Below, piece by piece: positions 8,560 to 18,298 of a DNA stretch of 64,000 nt. Made by a program: the position numbers and the translations under genes. Within the stretch, counting starts at the first letter, position 1, and every line of letters begins with the position of its first letter. The notes under the pieces are model-generated. The model saw only the letters and a program-made list of their open reading frames with translations. It was not told where the DNA came from and did no database searches. Source of the stretch: Clostridia bacterium (lineage in GTDB: Bacteria; Bacillota; Clostridia; Oscillospirales; CAG-272). The DNA lies in NCBI GenBank assembly GCA_017623355.1, contig JAGAPG010000030.1, positions 24,278-88,277 of the forward strand, in the 5' to 3' direction.

Positions 8560-10143
8560 TTATTCTTCAACGTACTCTTGTCTTACGTATTGAACAACCT
8601 TTGTCTTTCCACCGTTGGGGAATGCAGTCATAGTGATAGCAAGGATAAGCATCATGATAGGACCAAGACCGAGACCAACTGTGAATGTACCTGTAAGGAG
8701 AGAGGATGCAAGTGCGAAGAATATGATTACGAACATAAGAATGAAGGATGAGAGTATGATCGAGAAGATCTTACCAAGGCGGTTGAGAGCCTTGCTCTTG
8801 TCTCCTGTTGCAAGATAGTTGATGTTCTGCCATACAACCATAGAAATAAAGATTGCTACGAGTGTGTAGAGAAGGCTGGTCATAAGACCGAATGCGTAAG
8901 CAACTACCTCGTCGGTTTCATAAGAAATAGCCTCCGTGATAACCTCTTGGATCTCAGCGTCAGCCTTGCCTTCTTCAATTTCAGACTTTTTGTAGCCTGA
9001 GAATTTATGACCGATTTCTTTGTAGTATTCTTTCATGTATGTGTAGTCTATGTAATCGTCGTAAACATCATCGTAGTCATCGTCAACATCAGCGGGCTTT
9101 TCGATGCTTCCGAAGTAATCGGGAGAAATTGTTGTAGTAGCAGTTGTAGCCTTGCTGGAGCCTTCAAACTCTGCCTTGATTGTTACAGAGAGAGCGCCAA
9201 CGAATACCATCATCAAGCAAGCGAATGAGATAACGAGTGAGATAGCGTTGAAGATGAACTTCTTAAGAACGATCGTCTTAGCTGCGAAGATAAAGCGCAA
9301 TACGATGAATGCAGCGATACCGATAAGAGCAGTGATAAGAACGCCAAGAGTGCTGCCCATGCTAACTGTCAAGCCTTCGCTTGCAGCATGGTAAACAGAA
9401 GCCATACCGGATTTTGCTGTGTAGTGAGCGAGGAATGCAAGAACAGGCATTACAGTAAGAGCCTTTGTGCATCCGTTGAGGTAAGAGCCTTTTCCTACCC
9501 AGAAGAAAATGAAGTTAATGATTGCGAGGATAAGGAGAACGAGTCCGATAGCCAAGTATGTCAATGAAACCAAAGCAGCAATACCGAGACCGATATTGAT
9601 AGGCTCGTTTTCGCTTTGGAGTCTCATACGAAGCTCCATCTTCATTTCGTCCTTGGACATCTTTGCAAGATCGTTCAAGGATTTGGGCTCAAAGTCTTCA
9701 TACTTCTCTTGGAGAGCATCCATTTTTTCTTCCCAATCTTCATAAAGCTCGTCAGCGTCCTTGCTTGCCAAGGAGTCAGTGAAGAGAATTACAGTGTCGA
9801 GAGGAGAGATCTTAACGCTTATCTTATCGCCTGCTTTAGCGTTGATATCGTAAATCTCCTCGAGCATTTTAGCTTCATCTTTATCAAGCTCCATATCATA
9901 TGTAAGAACTGATGAGAAAGATGTAGCAAAAATAACGATTGCGAGAATGAGCATAACTGCGCTACGAATAAGGCGGATGAGGGGGAATCTTGCGAAGAAG
10001 CCGTTTTCTTTTTTCGGTTTCTTTTCTTTCGGTGGCTTGGGTGCGTCCTGAACTAACTTAGAACCGCAACCACGGCAGAATTTAGTATCTGCAGCGTTGT
10101 CCATGCCACAGGATGGACATGTAATAGTTTGTTGTTGATCCAT
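8560..10143 (-). CDS. zinc-ribbon domain membrane protein (527 aa), function unknown
   Basis: N-terminal CPSCG...CRGCG zinc ribbon, a KPPKEKKPKK linker, multiple hydrophobic segments and an acidic DDDYDDVYDDY patch. Confidence 0.6.
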   Translation of the reverse strand: MDQQQTITCPSCGMDNAADTKFCRGCGSKLVQDAPKPPKEKKPKKENGFFARFPLIRLIRSAVMLILAIVIFATSFSSVLTYDMELDKDEAKMLEEIYDINAKAGDKISVKISPLDTVILFTDSLASKDADELYEDWEEKMDALQEKYEDFEPKSLNDLAKMSKDEMKMELRMRLQSENEPINIGLGIAALVSLTYLAIGLVLLILAIINFIFFWVGKGSYLNGCTKALTVMPVLAFLAHYTAKSGMASVYHAASEGLTVSMGSTLGVLITALIGIAAFIVLRFIFAAKTIVLKKFIFNAISLVISFACLMMVFVGALSVTIKAEFEGSSKATTATTTISPDYFGSIEKPADVDDDYDDVYDDYIDYTYMKEYYKEIGHKFSGYKKSEIEEGKADAEIQEVITEAISYETDEVVAYAFGLMTSLLYTLVAIFISMVVWQNINYLATGDKSKALNRLGKIFSIILSSFILMFVIIFFALASSLLTGTFTVGLGLGPIMMLILAITMTAFPNGGKTKVVQYVRQEYVEE

Positions 10144-10267
10144 AACTAAAAAATTTCCTTTCTTTTAAGTTATCTTTATATTATCATGAGAAAATGAAAT
10201 TGTCAATATATTTTGTGAATTTTATTTGATTAAACTGTGAAAAACAAAAACATAACAGGGCTTTGTA

Positions 10268-10296
10268 TTGATATTTTTCAAATTTTGTGATAAAAT
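10268..10296 (+). promoter_or_regulatory. sigma-A type promoter for ygiQ
   Basis: TTGATA (10268-10273), 17-nt spacer, TGa-TAAAAT (extended -10; hexamer 10291-10296). ATG at 10333. Confidence 0.5.
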
Positions 10297-10332
10297 ATAG
10301 TAAATCATTTTTGACATTCAAGAGGTTTTTAA

Positions 10333-12315
10333 ATGGATAACAACAAATTTTTACCGATATCTGGGGAGGAGTGTGCGCAAAGAGGCTGGGACGTGCCTGA
10401 TTTTGTGTATGTAAGCGGCGATGCATACGTCGATCATCCTTCGTTTGGAACGGCGATAATATCAAGAGTTTTGGAGAATGCAGGCTTCAGAGTAGCTATT
10501 TTGGCACAGCCCGACTATAAATCTTGTGATGAATTTAAAAAATTCGGTAGACCGAGACTTGGATTTTTGGTCAGCGCGGGAAATATAGATTCAATGGTTG
10601 CGCATTATACCGCATCAAAGAAAAAACGCTCGTATGATTATTATTCTGCCGGCGGAAAAATAGGCAAACGCCCCGACCGTGCGGTTATAGTTTATTGCAA
10701 CAGAATAAGAGAGGCGTACGGGGACGTGCCGATAATTATCGGTGGACTTGAGGCATCGCTGCGCCGATTTTCTCATTATGACTATTGGGATAACAAGATA
10801 AGACGCTCCGTTTTGGTAGACTCGCGCGCCGATATACTTACATACGGTATGGGAGAGAGTATAATCCTTAAAATAGCCAAGCTGCTTGATCGCGGAGTTC
10901 CTGTCAAAAAAATAAGAAATGAGCGAGGATGTGTTTATCTTTGCGCCAAGGATGACGAAATAAATTATCCCGTCGCCGCCGAATTTGATTTCAATAAAAT
11001 CAAAGAGGATAAGCGCGAATACGCTCGCGCATTCGGAATACAGTACAAAAATCAAGATGCCATAAACGGTAAAGCAATAGTTGAATATTACGACAATAAA
11101 AAGCTCGTTCAAAATCCGCCCGCATATCCGCTTGAAAGAGATGAGCTTGATGCCGTGTACGCGCTTCCGTATGCAAGAACGTATCACCCTGTGTATGAAA
11201 AAGAGGGCGGAGTGCCTGCGATTGCCGAGGTCAGATTTTCCATAACGCACAACAGAGGCTGCTTTGGCGGATGTAACTTTTGCGCCCTTGCCTTTCATCA
11301 AGGAAGAAGTGTTCGTTCAAGAAGCATAGAGAGCGTTGTGAAAGAGGCTAAACTTATTACGGAAATGGATGATTTCAAGGGATATATTCACGATATAGGC
11401 GGACCTACGGCAAATTTCAGATATCCTGCCTGCGATAAGCAGCTCAAGGACGGAGTTTGCAGTTCAAGAAAGTGTCTTGTGCCTACCCCATGTCCGAATT
11501 TGAAGGCTGATCATAGTGAATACATAGAGCTTTTAAAGCAGGTGGAAGCACTTCCTAAGGTCAAAAAGGTCTTTATCCGTTCAGGAATAAGATTCGATTA
11601 TATGATGGCTGATAAGAGTGACGAATTTTTTAAAAAGCTTGTAAGAGATCACGTAAGCGGTCAGCTTAAGGTAGCGCCTGAGCACTGCTCGGATAATGTT
11701 CTTAAGTATATGGGTAAGCCAAGTGTTAAGGTTTATGATAAGTTTAGGCAAAAATACTTTACCCTGTGTGAGAAATTCGGACTTGAGCAGTATATTGTGC
11801 CCTATCTTATGTCATCGCATCCGGGCAGTACGCTGAATGATGCAATAGAGCTTTCGCTTTATCTTAAAAACCAAGGCTGTAATCCCGAGCAGGTTCAGGA
11901 TTTCTATCCAACACCGGGTACGGCATCTACCGTTATGTACTATACAGGCATAAATCCGCTTGATATGAAGAGCGTATATTCTCCCGATGATTATCGAGAA
12001 AAGCTTATGCAGCGCGCGCTTTTGCAATATAAGCGACCCGAAAACAGAAATCTTGTAAGAGAGGCACTTATAAAGGCAGGACGCGAGGACCTTATAGGCT
12101 TCGGAACGGAATGTCTTGTGAAGCCCGATATGAGAGTCGGAGCAAGACCGACAGCTACGAATAATCAAAAGACCGCAAAAGCAAAAAAATCCCGATCCGA
12201 CGTTAAAAAGGCGCAAAAAAGCACCGGATCAGTAAAGCAAAAGCAAAAAAATGAAAAAAATTTTATCAAGGATAACAGACACTCCCCCGCTAAAAAGGGC
12301 AAAAAAAGAGGTTAA
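10333..12315 (+). CDS. ygiQ: YgiQ-family radical SAM protein (UPF0313) with a Lys-rich C-terminal tail
   Basis: N-terminus [34 protein letters not shown] is the characteristic YgiQ N-domain. The radical SAM cluster motif is CFGGCNFC. Confidence 0.85.
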   Translation: MDNNKFLPISGEECAQRGWDVPDFVYVSGDAYVDHPSFGTAIISRVLENAGFRVAILAQPDYKSCDEFKKFGRPRLGFLVSAGNIDSMVAHYTASKKKRSYDYYSAGGKIGKRPDRAVIVYCNRIREAYGDVPIIIGGLEASLRRFSHYDYWDNKIRRSVLVDSRADILTYGMGESIILKIAKLLDRGVPVKKIRNERGCVYLCAKDDEINYPVAAEFDFNKIKEDKREYARAFGIQYKNQDAINGKAIVEYYDNKKLVQNPPAYPLERDELDAVYALPYARTYHPVYEKEGGVPAIAEVRFSITHNRGCFGGCNFCALAFHQGRSVRSRSIESVVKEAKLITEMDDFKGYIHDIGGPTANFRYPACDKQLKDGVCSSRKCLVPTPCPNLKADHSEYIELLKQVEALPKVKKVFIRSGIRFDYMMADKSDEFFKKLVRDHVSGQLKVAPEHCSDNVLKYMGKPSVKVYDKFRQKYFTLCEKFGLEQYIVPYLMSSHPGSTLNDAIELSLYLKNQGCNPEQVQDFYPTPGTASTVMYYTGINPLDMKSVYSPDDYREKLMQRALLQYKRPENRNLVREALIKAGREDLIGFGTECLVKPDMRVGARPTATNNQKTAKAKKSRSDVKKAQKSTGSVKQKQKNEKNFIKDNRHSPAKKGKKRG

Positions 12316-12351
12316 TCCTTAAAAAAATACAAGACAAGTGTAAAAAAACTC

Positions 12352-12381
12352 TTGACAAAACGCGTCTTGTGCGTGTATAAT
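12352..12381 (+). promoter_or_regulatory. sigma-A type promoter for rpmH
   Basis: TTGACA (12352-12357), 18-nt spacer, TATAAT (12376-12381). Confidence 0.6.
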
Positions 12382-12474
12382 ATACCTTGTCTTGAAATCG
12401 CATACAAATAAATTGGCTTTCAAAACGGCGTATTTTATACGGCTTCCAATTTATAAATTAAGGAGGTGCAAAAC

Positions 12475-12609
12475 ATGTTAAGAACTTACCAACCTAAAAA
12501 ACGTCAAAGAAAAAAAGAACATGGTTTCAGAAAGAGAATGAGAACTGCTGACGGCAGAAAAGTTTTGAAAAGAAGACGCGCAAAGGGCAGAGCAAGACTC
12601 ACATACTAA
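12475..12609 (+). CDS. rpmH: 50S ribosomal protein L34
   Basis: Not in the ORF track (44 aa). Translation is [44 protein letters not shown], with AGGAGG 8 nt upstream. Confidence 0.95.
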   Translation: MLRTYQPKKRQRKKEHGFRKRMRTADGRKVLKRRRAKGRARLTY

Positions 12610-12629
12610 TGCTTATTTGACGCATTGAC

Positions 12630-12662
12630 TCCTCCGAACCATAAAATGTTCGGAGGATTTTT
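12630..12662 (+). terminator. intrinsic terminator after rpmH
   Basis: Stem TCCTCCGAAC/GTTCGGAGGA followed by TTTTT. Confidence 0.75.
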
Positions 12663-12735
12663 CATTAAAGTCCCCACAGGGCAGATTAGAATTGTGATAT
12701 CAAGTACAGGGATTGGCCTGTAGAAAGGTTTGCCG

Positions 12736-13125
12736 ATGAAACATATCGCAATATGTGAAAACCATTTATTTTCCAAGACTTACGCAAGAGGTTCAAAATT
12801 CATTTGCAAGGATTTCGTTTTATATGTTTTAAAGGATCTTAAGGCTTTTAAGCTTATGAAGGAAAATCCTCAAAAGCAATATGTAAACCGAGTAGGCATC
12901 ACCGTATCAAAAAAGCTTGGCGGAGCTGTCGAAAGGAACAGAATAAAGAGGATCTTGCGCGAGGGTTTAAGACAAACAGAAAAAGACTATGATTTGAAAA
13001 AGGGATATTTAGTCGTTTTGGTCGCAAGGAATTCCGCTTTGAGCGCGAAAAGCGATATCATAAAGAAAGAAATAGTCCACGCTATGCGTGTTCTGAAAAT
13101 GATTAACGATGAAAAGAATATTTAA
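12736..13125 (+). CDS. rnpA: ribonuclease P protein component
   Basis: Sits directly after rpmH. Contains the RNase P protein RNR-like motif ([17 protein letters not shown]). 130 aa. Confidence 0.9.
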   Translation: MKHIAICENHLFSKTYARGSKFICKDFVLYVLKDLKAFKLMKENPQKQYVNRVGITVSKKLGGAVERNRIKRILREGLRQTEKDYDLKKGYLVVLVARNSALSAKSDIIKKEIVHAMRVLKMINDEKNI

Positions 13126-13372
13126 ATTTTTCATAAAAGGATATCGTAAGCTGATATCCCCATTAAAGCGTCCGTGCTGCCGTTTTACGCCGACCTGCTC
13201 TCAATATGCGCTTGATGCAATTGATAAGTTCGGCGCGATAAGAGGAATGCTGCTTGCCATATGGCGAGTTTTAAGATGCAATCCCTTCGGCAAGGGCGGC
13301 TACGATCCGGTGCCTGAGAAATTTACTTTCAAAAGGCAAAAAAATATAGGAGAAAATAACGAAAATGTTTGA
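13109..13372 (+). CDS. yidD: membrane protein insertion efficiency factor YidD
   Basis: [27 protein letters not shown] is the YidD signature. Overlaps rnpA. Confidence 0.9.
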   Translation: MKRIFKFFIKGYRKLISPLKRPCCRFTPTCSQYALDAIDKFGAIRGMLLAIWRVLRCNPFGKGGYDPVPEKFTFKRQKNIGENNENV

Positions 13373-14336
13373 TTTTTTGGCTAAATTGCTCGGCTATGTT
13401 TTGCAGGGCTGTTATTTTATAACCAAGAACTACGTTGTAGCGTTAATCTTGTTTACCCTTGCACTTCAGCTGTTGTTGCTTCCTTTTGCTATAAAGCAGC
13501 AAAAGAACACTGTTAAGCAAGCGTCTATGCGTCCCAAGGAGATGGCTATACGCAAAAAATATGCAGGCAGAAACGATCAAAAATCGCAACAAAAATGTCA
13601 ACAGGAAATAATGGAGATGTATCAAAAGGAAGGCTTCAGCCCTGCTGCAGGATGTCTTCCTATGATAATACAAATTATTTTGCTTTTACCTGTATGGCAG
13701 CTTCTTACCCGTCCGCTTGAGATAATGTTCGGCCTTAGCGCAACATCGTGTAACAAGCTTTATTTCGAGGTATTTGGAACTGCGCCGACAGGTGATGCAC
13801 CACAGGTTAAGCTTTTGACGGCTCTTCGTGATCCGTCAATCGTAAGCACGAGCGGCGAGTTTACTTCGTTGCTCGCAGACAGAAGCAAGCTCTTTGATAT
13901 GACGCTTTTTGGCGCGGATCTTGGTACTTCGCCAATTGAGGCGTGGGGAACAAGTGTTTGGTGGTTTATATTTATTCCGATACTCAACCTCGCTCTTATG
14001 TACCTTTCACAGTTCCTTTCAAGAAAGCTTGCTCCGCAAACACAGCAACAGGCACAAATGAGCGGATCTATGAAGATCATGATGCTCGTTCTTCCCCTTA
14101 TCACATTCTGGATCTCCTTCAAATATGCAGCAGCACTCGGTGTATACTGGATCATAAGAACAATATATTCAGTAGCGCAGCAGGTGCTTCTTGCTAAGCT
14201 TATACCTCAGCCCGTATTTACAGAAGAGGATTTTAAGCAGGCAGAAAAGGAAATGAAGAACAAAAAATCAGCTCCGGTGCCCAAAGATTACGCACAAAAA
14301 GAAATTCGTTCGCTCCATCATATAGACGACGAATAA
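13365..14336 (+). CDS. yidC: YidC/Oxa1-family membrane protein insertase
   Basis: Conserved gene order. The motif [43 protein letters not shown] matches the YidC C1 loop/TM region. Multiple TM segments. Confidence 0.9.
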   Translation: MFDFLAKLLGYVLQGCYFITKNYVVALILFTLALQLLLLPFAIKQQKNTVKQASMRPKEMAIRKKYAGRNDQKSQQKCQQEIMEMYQKEGFSPAAGCLPMIIQIILLLPVWQLLTRPLEIMFGLSATSCNKLYFEVFGTAPTGDAPQVKLLTALRDPSIVSTSGEFTSLLADRSKLFDMTLFGADLGTSPIEAWGTSVWWFIFIPILNLALMYLSQFLSRKLAPQTQQQAQMSGSMKIMMLVLPLITFWISFKYAAALGVYWIIRTIYSVAQQVLLAKLIPQPVFTEEDFKQAEKEMKNKKSAPVPKDYAQKEIRSLHHIDDE

Positions 14337-14348
14337 GAAGGATTTAAA

Positions 14349-15263
14349 ATGAAAATCGAATATACAGTAACAGGAAAAACAGTTGAAGAGGCTTATAAGA
14401 AGGCCGTTGAGCTTTATTCCTCGTACGGAGAAATCGCTATGGAGGAGATAATTTCCCGTGGCAAAAAGGGATTTCTCGGAGTATTTGGAGCTGTTCCTGC
14501 TGAGATAAGAATTTCTGTTGATGACGGAAAGGAAGAAAGAAAGCCTCAGCCTAAAAAGGATAAAAAGCCTCAATCTCAACCTCAGCCTCAGCAAAGCACT
14601 GCTAAGGCACGTTTGGTTGAAAGACCTCAACAGCAAAAGAAAAAGGCTGAAAAGCCTCAGCCTAAGCCTCAAGAAAAGCCCGTTCAGGCTCAGGAGCAAA
14701 AGGTGGCTCAAGCAGCGCCTAAGGCTCAGCCAAAGGAAAAGCCTCAAAGCGAGCCTATAAAGGATGAGGATATAAAGGTAACGGCTGCAGAAAAGCAGAT
14801 CGTTATAGGATTTTTGAATTCATTTGTCGCAGGCCTCGGACTTAACTGCGAGATCAAGGGTGATCTTACCGAGGATGGCGACGGATACGTATCAAGAATA
14901 GTTACTATTGAGGGCGAAAACGCATCTGTTCTTATCGGACATCACGGCGAAACGCTCGATTCTATTCAATATCTTGCAAATCTCTGTCTCGCAAGAAAGA
15001 GCGAAGGAGATCACAAGGAATACGTTAAGGTTATCGTTGATATTGAAAATTACCGTGCAAAGCGTGAGCAAACATTACGCTCCCTTGCAAGAAAGATGAG
15101 CGAAAAGGCAATTCGCCAACAAAGGAGCGTTCATCTTGAGCCTATGAATCCTTATGAAAGAAGAATAGTTCACTCTGAGGTTCAAAAGATTCCCGGAGTT
15201 ACAACTCATTCAATAGGCTACGACGAAAACCGTAAGATAGTAATTTCCTTAGAAAAGAAATAA
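14349..15263 (+). CDS. jag: Jag/KhpB RNA-binding protein (Jag_N, KH, R3H) with an inserted P/Q/K-rich linker
   Basis: Positioned after yidC. C-terminal R3H (LEPMNPYERRIVHSEV) and a KH-like region (VLIGHHGETLDSIQYL). Confidence 0.85.
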   Translation: MKIEYTVTGKTVEEAYKKAVELYSSYGEIAMEEIISRGKKGFLGVFGAVPAEIRISVDDGKEERKPQPKKDKKPQSQPQPQQSTAKARLVERPQQQKKKAEKPQPKPQEKPVQAQEQKVAQAAPKAQPKEKPQSEPIKDEDIKVTAAEKQIVIGFLNSFVAGLGLNCEIKGDLTEDGDGYVSRIVTIEGENASVLIGHHGETLDSIQYLANLCLARKSEGDHKEYVKVIVDIENYRAKREQTLRSLARKMSEKAIRQQRSVHLEPMNPYERRIVHSEVQKIPGVTTHSIGYDENRKIVISLEKK

Positions 15264-15264
15264 A

Positions 15265-15298
15265 AAATAAAAGTGAGATCCACGGATCTCACTTTTTT
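15265..15298. terminator. bidirectional intrinsic terminator (jag / tadA)
   Basis: Stem AGTGAGATC/GATCTCACT with flanking A-run and T-run. Confidence 0.8.
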
Positions 15299-15743
15299 AT
15301 CTTTTCTTTTTGAAAAATTCTGTAAGAATTGCAGAACACTCATTTTTTAATACTCCGCCTGTTATCTGAGGCTTGAAAAGCGGATATTGTGTAAGATCGA
15401 TCATCGTCCCGAAAGAACCTGCCTTATTATCGTATGCACCGTATACGACGCGTTCTATTCTTGAATTGATTATCGCACCCGCGCACATCGGACAGGGCTC
15501 TAATGTCACATAGAGAGTACAACCCACGAGCCGCCATCCCCCAAGAGCTCGACAGGCATCATCAATAGCCTTTATCTCCGCGTGAAAAAGCGGATTTTTA
15601 TCCTTTTCGCGAGAGTTGTATGCGCTTGCGATTATTTTGTCATCTCTAACAATTACGGCACCGACAGGAACCTCATCCTCGTCGGCGGCACGCTTTGCAA
15701 GCTTAATCGCCTCATTCATAAAAAATTCATCGCGTTCGGTCAT
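15297..15743 (-). CDS. tadA: tRNA adenosine(34) deaminase
   Basis: HAE...PCPMCAGAI zinc-binding deaminase motifs. 148 aa. Confidence 0.9.
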   Translation of the reverse strand: MTERDEFFMNEAIKLAKRAADEDEVPVGAVIVRDDKIIASAYNSREKDKNPLFHAEIKAIDDACRALGGWRLVGCTLYVTLEPCPMCAGAIINSRIERVVYGAYDNKAGSFGTMIDLTQYPLFKPQITGGVLKNECSAILTEFFKKKR

Positions 15744-17725
15744 ATGTCTGCAACATCCATATATTTAGCGCCGTTTTCGGCGATAAATTGCTTGCGCGCG
15801 GGAAGATCGTCACCGAGAAGCGTTTCGAATATGATGCGCGTTTGCTCGTCGTCGGCAGGATTTACTTGAATCAAGCGTCTTGTTTCGGGGTTCATTGTAG
15901 TTTGCCACATCATATCAGGCTCGTTTTCGCCAAGTCCCTTTGAACGCTGAATGGTGTATTTCGTATCCTGAAGCTCATCAAGGATCGCGGCCTTTTCGGC
16001 TTCGTTATAGGCGAAAAATATCTTTCCCTTTGACGTTGTGATCTCATAAAGAGGAGATTCGGCTATGAATATCTTGCCCTCTTTTATAAGAGTAGGGAGA
16101 AGCCTGTAGAACATGGTGAGAAGAAGCGTTCTTATTTGGAAGCCGTCCTCGTCTGCATCGGTGCAGATAACTATTCTGCGCCATCTTAAATTGTCTATGT
16201 TAAAGGAAGCCATATCGTCCTTGTTTTTTGTTTTAACCTCAACACCGCAGCCAATTACCTTCAAAAGATCGACAATAATATCGTTTTTGAAGATTTTATC
16301 ATAATTGCTTTTAAGACAGTTGAGCGTTTTACCTCTTACGGGGATTATAGCTTGAAATTCCGCATCGCGTCCGAGCTTGCAGGATGTAAGTGCAGAGTCG
16401 CCCTCAACTATATAAAGCTCGCGAATATCGGGATCCTTGGAACGGCACGAAACAAATTTTTCAACTCTCTGAGTTACGTCTGTAGATGTTGCGAGCTTCT
16501 TTTTGAGATCGAGACGTGTGGTTTCCGCCTTTTCTCTTGAGCGCTTGTTTACAAGGACTTGATTTGCAAAAAGCTCTGCTTGAGCTGAGTTTTCAGCAAA
16601 ATATACCTCAAGCTGTCTGCGCATAAAGGAGCAAAGAGCATCCTCTATAAATTTATTCGTGATTGATTTTTTTGTTTGGTTCTCGTAAGATGTCTGAGTT
16701 GAGAAGCTGTTTATAACGAGCACAAGACAGTCTTGAATATCTGCAAATGTTATTTTTGCCTCGTTTTTGAGATATTTATTGTTTTCCTTGAGATACTTGT
16801 CCATCTCAATAGTGAAAGCACGCCTTACTGCCTTATCGGGAGAGCCGCCGTGCTCCAGAAAGCTTGAGTTGTGGTAATATTCAAGCATATTTACGGTGTT
16901 GGAAACACAGAAAGATATTTGCGCCTTCAGCTCGTAATCGTCTTTGTCGGCACGGTCGCGTCCGCTGGTTTCCGTTTCCCAAAGAACGGGTGGGGTAAGA
17001 GAATTGTTTTCTGTTATTTCATTAATGTAGTCGGAAATGCCGTTTTCATAAAGGAATTCGCTTTCCTCAAATGCACCGGAATCAAGCTGATATTCCAAAA
17101 TCAGCTTAAGTCCCTTATTTACGACAGCTTGCTTGTGCAAAACATCAATGAAATATTCCTTGGGTATTTTCGTTTCGGTAAATACCTCAAGATCGGGACG
17201 CCATCTTGTAAGAGTACCGGTGCGCTTATGTTTTTTATCGAGCTCTGAAACGCTGAGCTCAGACACAGGCTCGCCCTTTTCAAAATGAATCTCGTACATT
17301 TTGTTGCCCTTGAACGAGTAAACGTCCATAAATTCCGATGAGTACTGTGTCGCGCAAGCGCCGAGTCCGTTAAGACCGAGCGAATATTTGTACGCGCCCT
17401 TTTTGTTATTTTCGTATTTGCCGCCGGCATAAAGCTCGCAGTAAACGAGCTCCCAGTTGTATCTGTTTTCTTTTTTATTGAAATCAAGAGGAACTCCGCG
17501 TCCGTGGTCGTCAACCTCTATAGTTCCGTCGCTGTAAACGGTAACAACGATCTCGTCTCCGTATCCCTCGCGCGCTTCGTCTATTGAGTTTGAAAGTATC
17601 TCGAAAAACGAGTGCTCGCAGCCCTCAAGACCCTCGGAGCCGAAAATTACCGCCGGTCTTTTACGTACACGGTCAGCGCCCTTGAGAGAGGAAATGCTTT
17701 GATCAGTATACTCCTTTATAGACAT
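15740..17725 (-). CDS. type IIA DNA topoisomerase subunit B (ParE/GyrB family, divergent)
   Basis: Contains an N-terminal GHKL ATPase (LSNSIDEA, GLNGLGA), a Toprim region (ELYIVEGDSA...ICTDADEDG) and a QTTMNP tail. No A subunit is adjacent. Confidence 0.85.
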   Translation of the reverse strand: MSIKEYTDQSISSLKGADRVRKRPAVIFGSEGLEGCEHSFFEILSNSIDEAREGYGDEIVVTVYSDGTIEVDDHGRGVPLDFNKKENRYNWELVYCELYAGGKYENNKKGAYKYSLGLNGLGACATQYSSEFMDVYSFKGNKMYEIHFEKGEPVSELSVSELDKKHKRTGTLTRWRPDLEVFTETKIPKEYFIDVLHKQAVVNKGLKLILEYQLDSGAFEESEFLYENGISDYINEITENNSLTPPVLWETETSGRDRADKDDYELKAQISFCVSNTVNMLEYYHNSSFLEHGGSPDKAVRRAFTIEMDKYLKENNKYLKNEAKITFADIQDCLVLVINSFSTQTSYENQTKKSITNKFIEDALCSFMRRQLEVYFAENSAQAELFANQVLVNKRSREKAETTRLDLKKKLATSTDVTQRVEKFVSCRSKDPDIRELYIVEGDSALTSCKLGRDAEFQAIIPVRGKTLNCLKSNYDKIFKNDIIVDLLKVIGCGVEVKTKNKDDMASFNIDNLRWRRIVICTDADEDGFQIRTLLLTMFYRLLPTLIKEGKIFIAESPLYEITTSKGKIFFAYNEAEKAAILDELQDTKYTIQRSKGLGENEPDMMWQTTMNPETRRLIQVNPADDEQTRIIFETLLGDDLPARKQFIAENGAKYMDVADI

Positions 17726-17830
17726 TTTAGTCCTCCGTTTCGTTAAAAAATCAATATCTTACTTTATATTTTAACACAGTATTTTTTTTATTTCAAGTGC
17801 CAATTGATAAAAACCTTGCACCTAATCACC

Positions 17831-17859
17831 TTGACAAACCAAAATATAAGATATATAAT
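17831..17859 (+). promoter_or_regulatory. sigma-A type promoter for gtrA-like gene
   Basis: TTGACA (17831-17836), 17-nt spacer, TATAAT (17854-17859). Confidence 0.6.
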
Positions 17860-17890
17860 ATTTATATATGCTATAAAAAAGAGGTATTTT

Positions 17891-18298
17891 ATGATAGATT
17901 TTTTAAAAAAGCACAAGGAAATAATTTTATACCTGATAGTCGGTGGACTTACAACGCTTGTTAATATAGGAGCGTATGCGCTTTTTGCGTATCCGTTAGA
18001 AATGGGAGTTACTCTTTCTACCGCTTTGGCGTGGGGAGTGTCTGTTATTTTTGCTTTCTTTGCAAACAAGCTGATAGTTTTTGAAAGCAAGAGCACTACG
18101 AAAAAGAAGCTTCTTTTTGAAATAGGCTCTTTCTTTCTTGCAAGATTGGTAAGCGGATTACTTGATGTGGCTATAATGTTCGTTTTCGTAGATCTTTTAG
18201 AGATAAACGATATGATAATGAAGATAGTATCAAATGTCGTTGTTATAATTATAAACTATATTCTTTCTAAATTTATTATTTTTAAAAAAGAAAAATGA
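17891..18298 (+). CDS. GtrA-family membrane protein
   Basis: YLIVGGLTTLVNIGAYALF start and four TM segments. The start was moved to ATG 17891 because the promoter lies inside the track ORF extension. Confidence 0.8.
   Translation: MIDFLKKHKEIILYLIVGGLTTLVNIGAYALFAYPLEMGVTLSTALAWGVSVIFAFFANKLIVFESKSTTKKKLLFEIGSFFLARLVSGLLDVAIMFVFVDLLEINDMIMKIVSNVVVIIINYILSKFIIFKKEK

Noticed and set aside
14268-14747. 159-aa minus-strand ORF rich in LRLRL
   Set aside because: It is the antisense reading of the P/Q/K-rich linker of jag. It is low complexity and has no start context.
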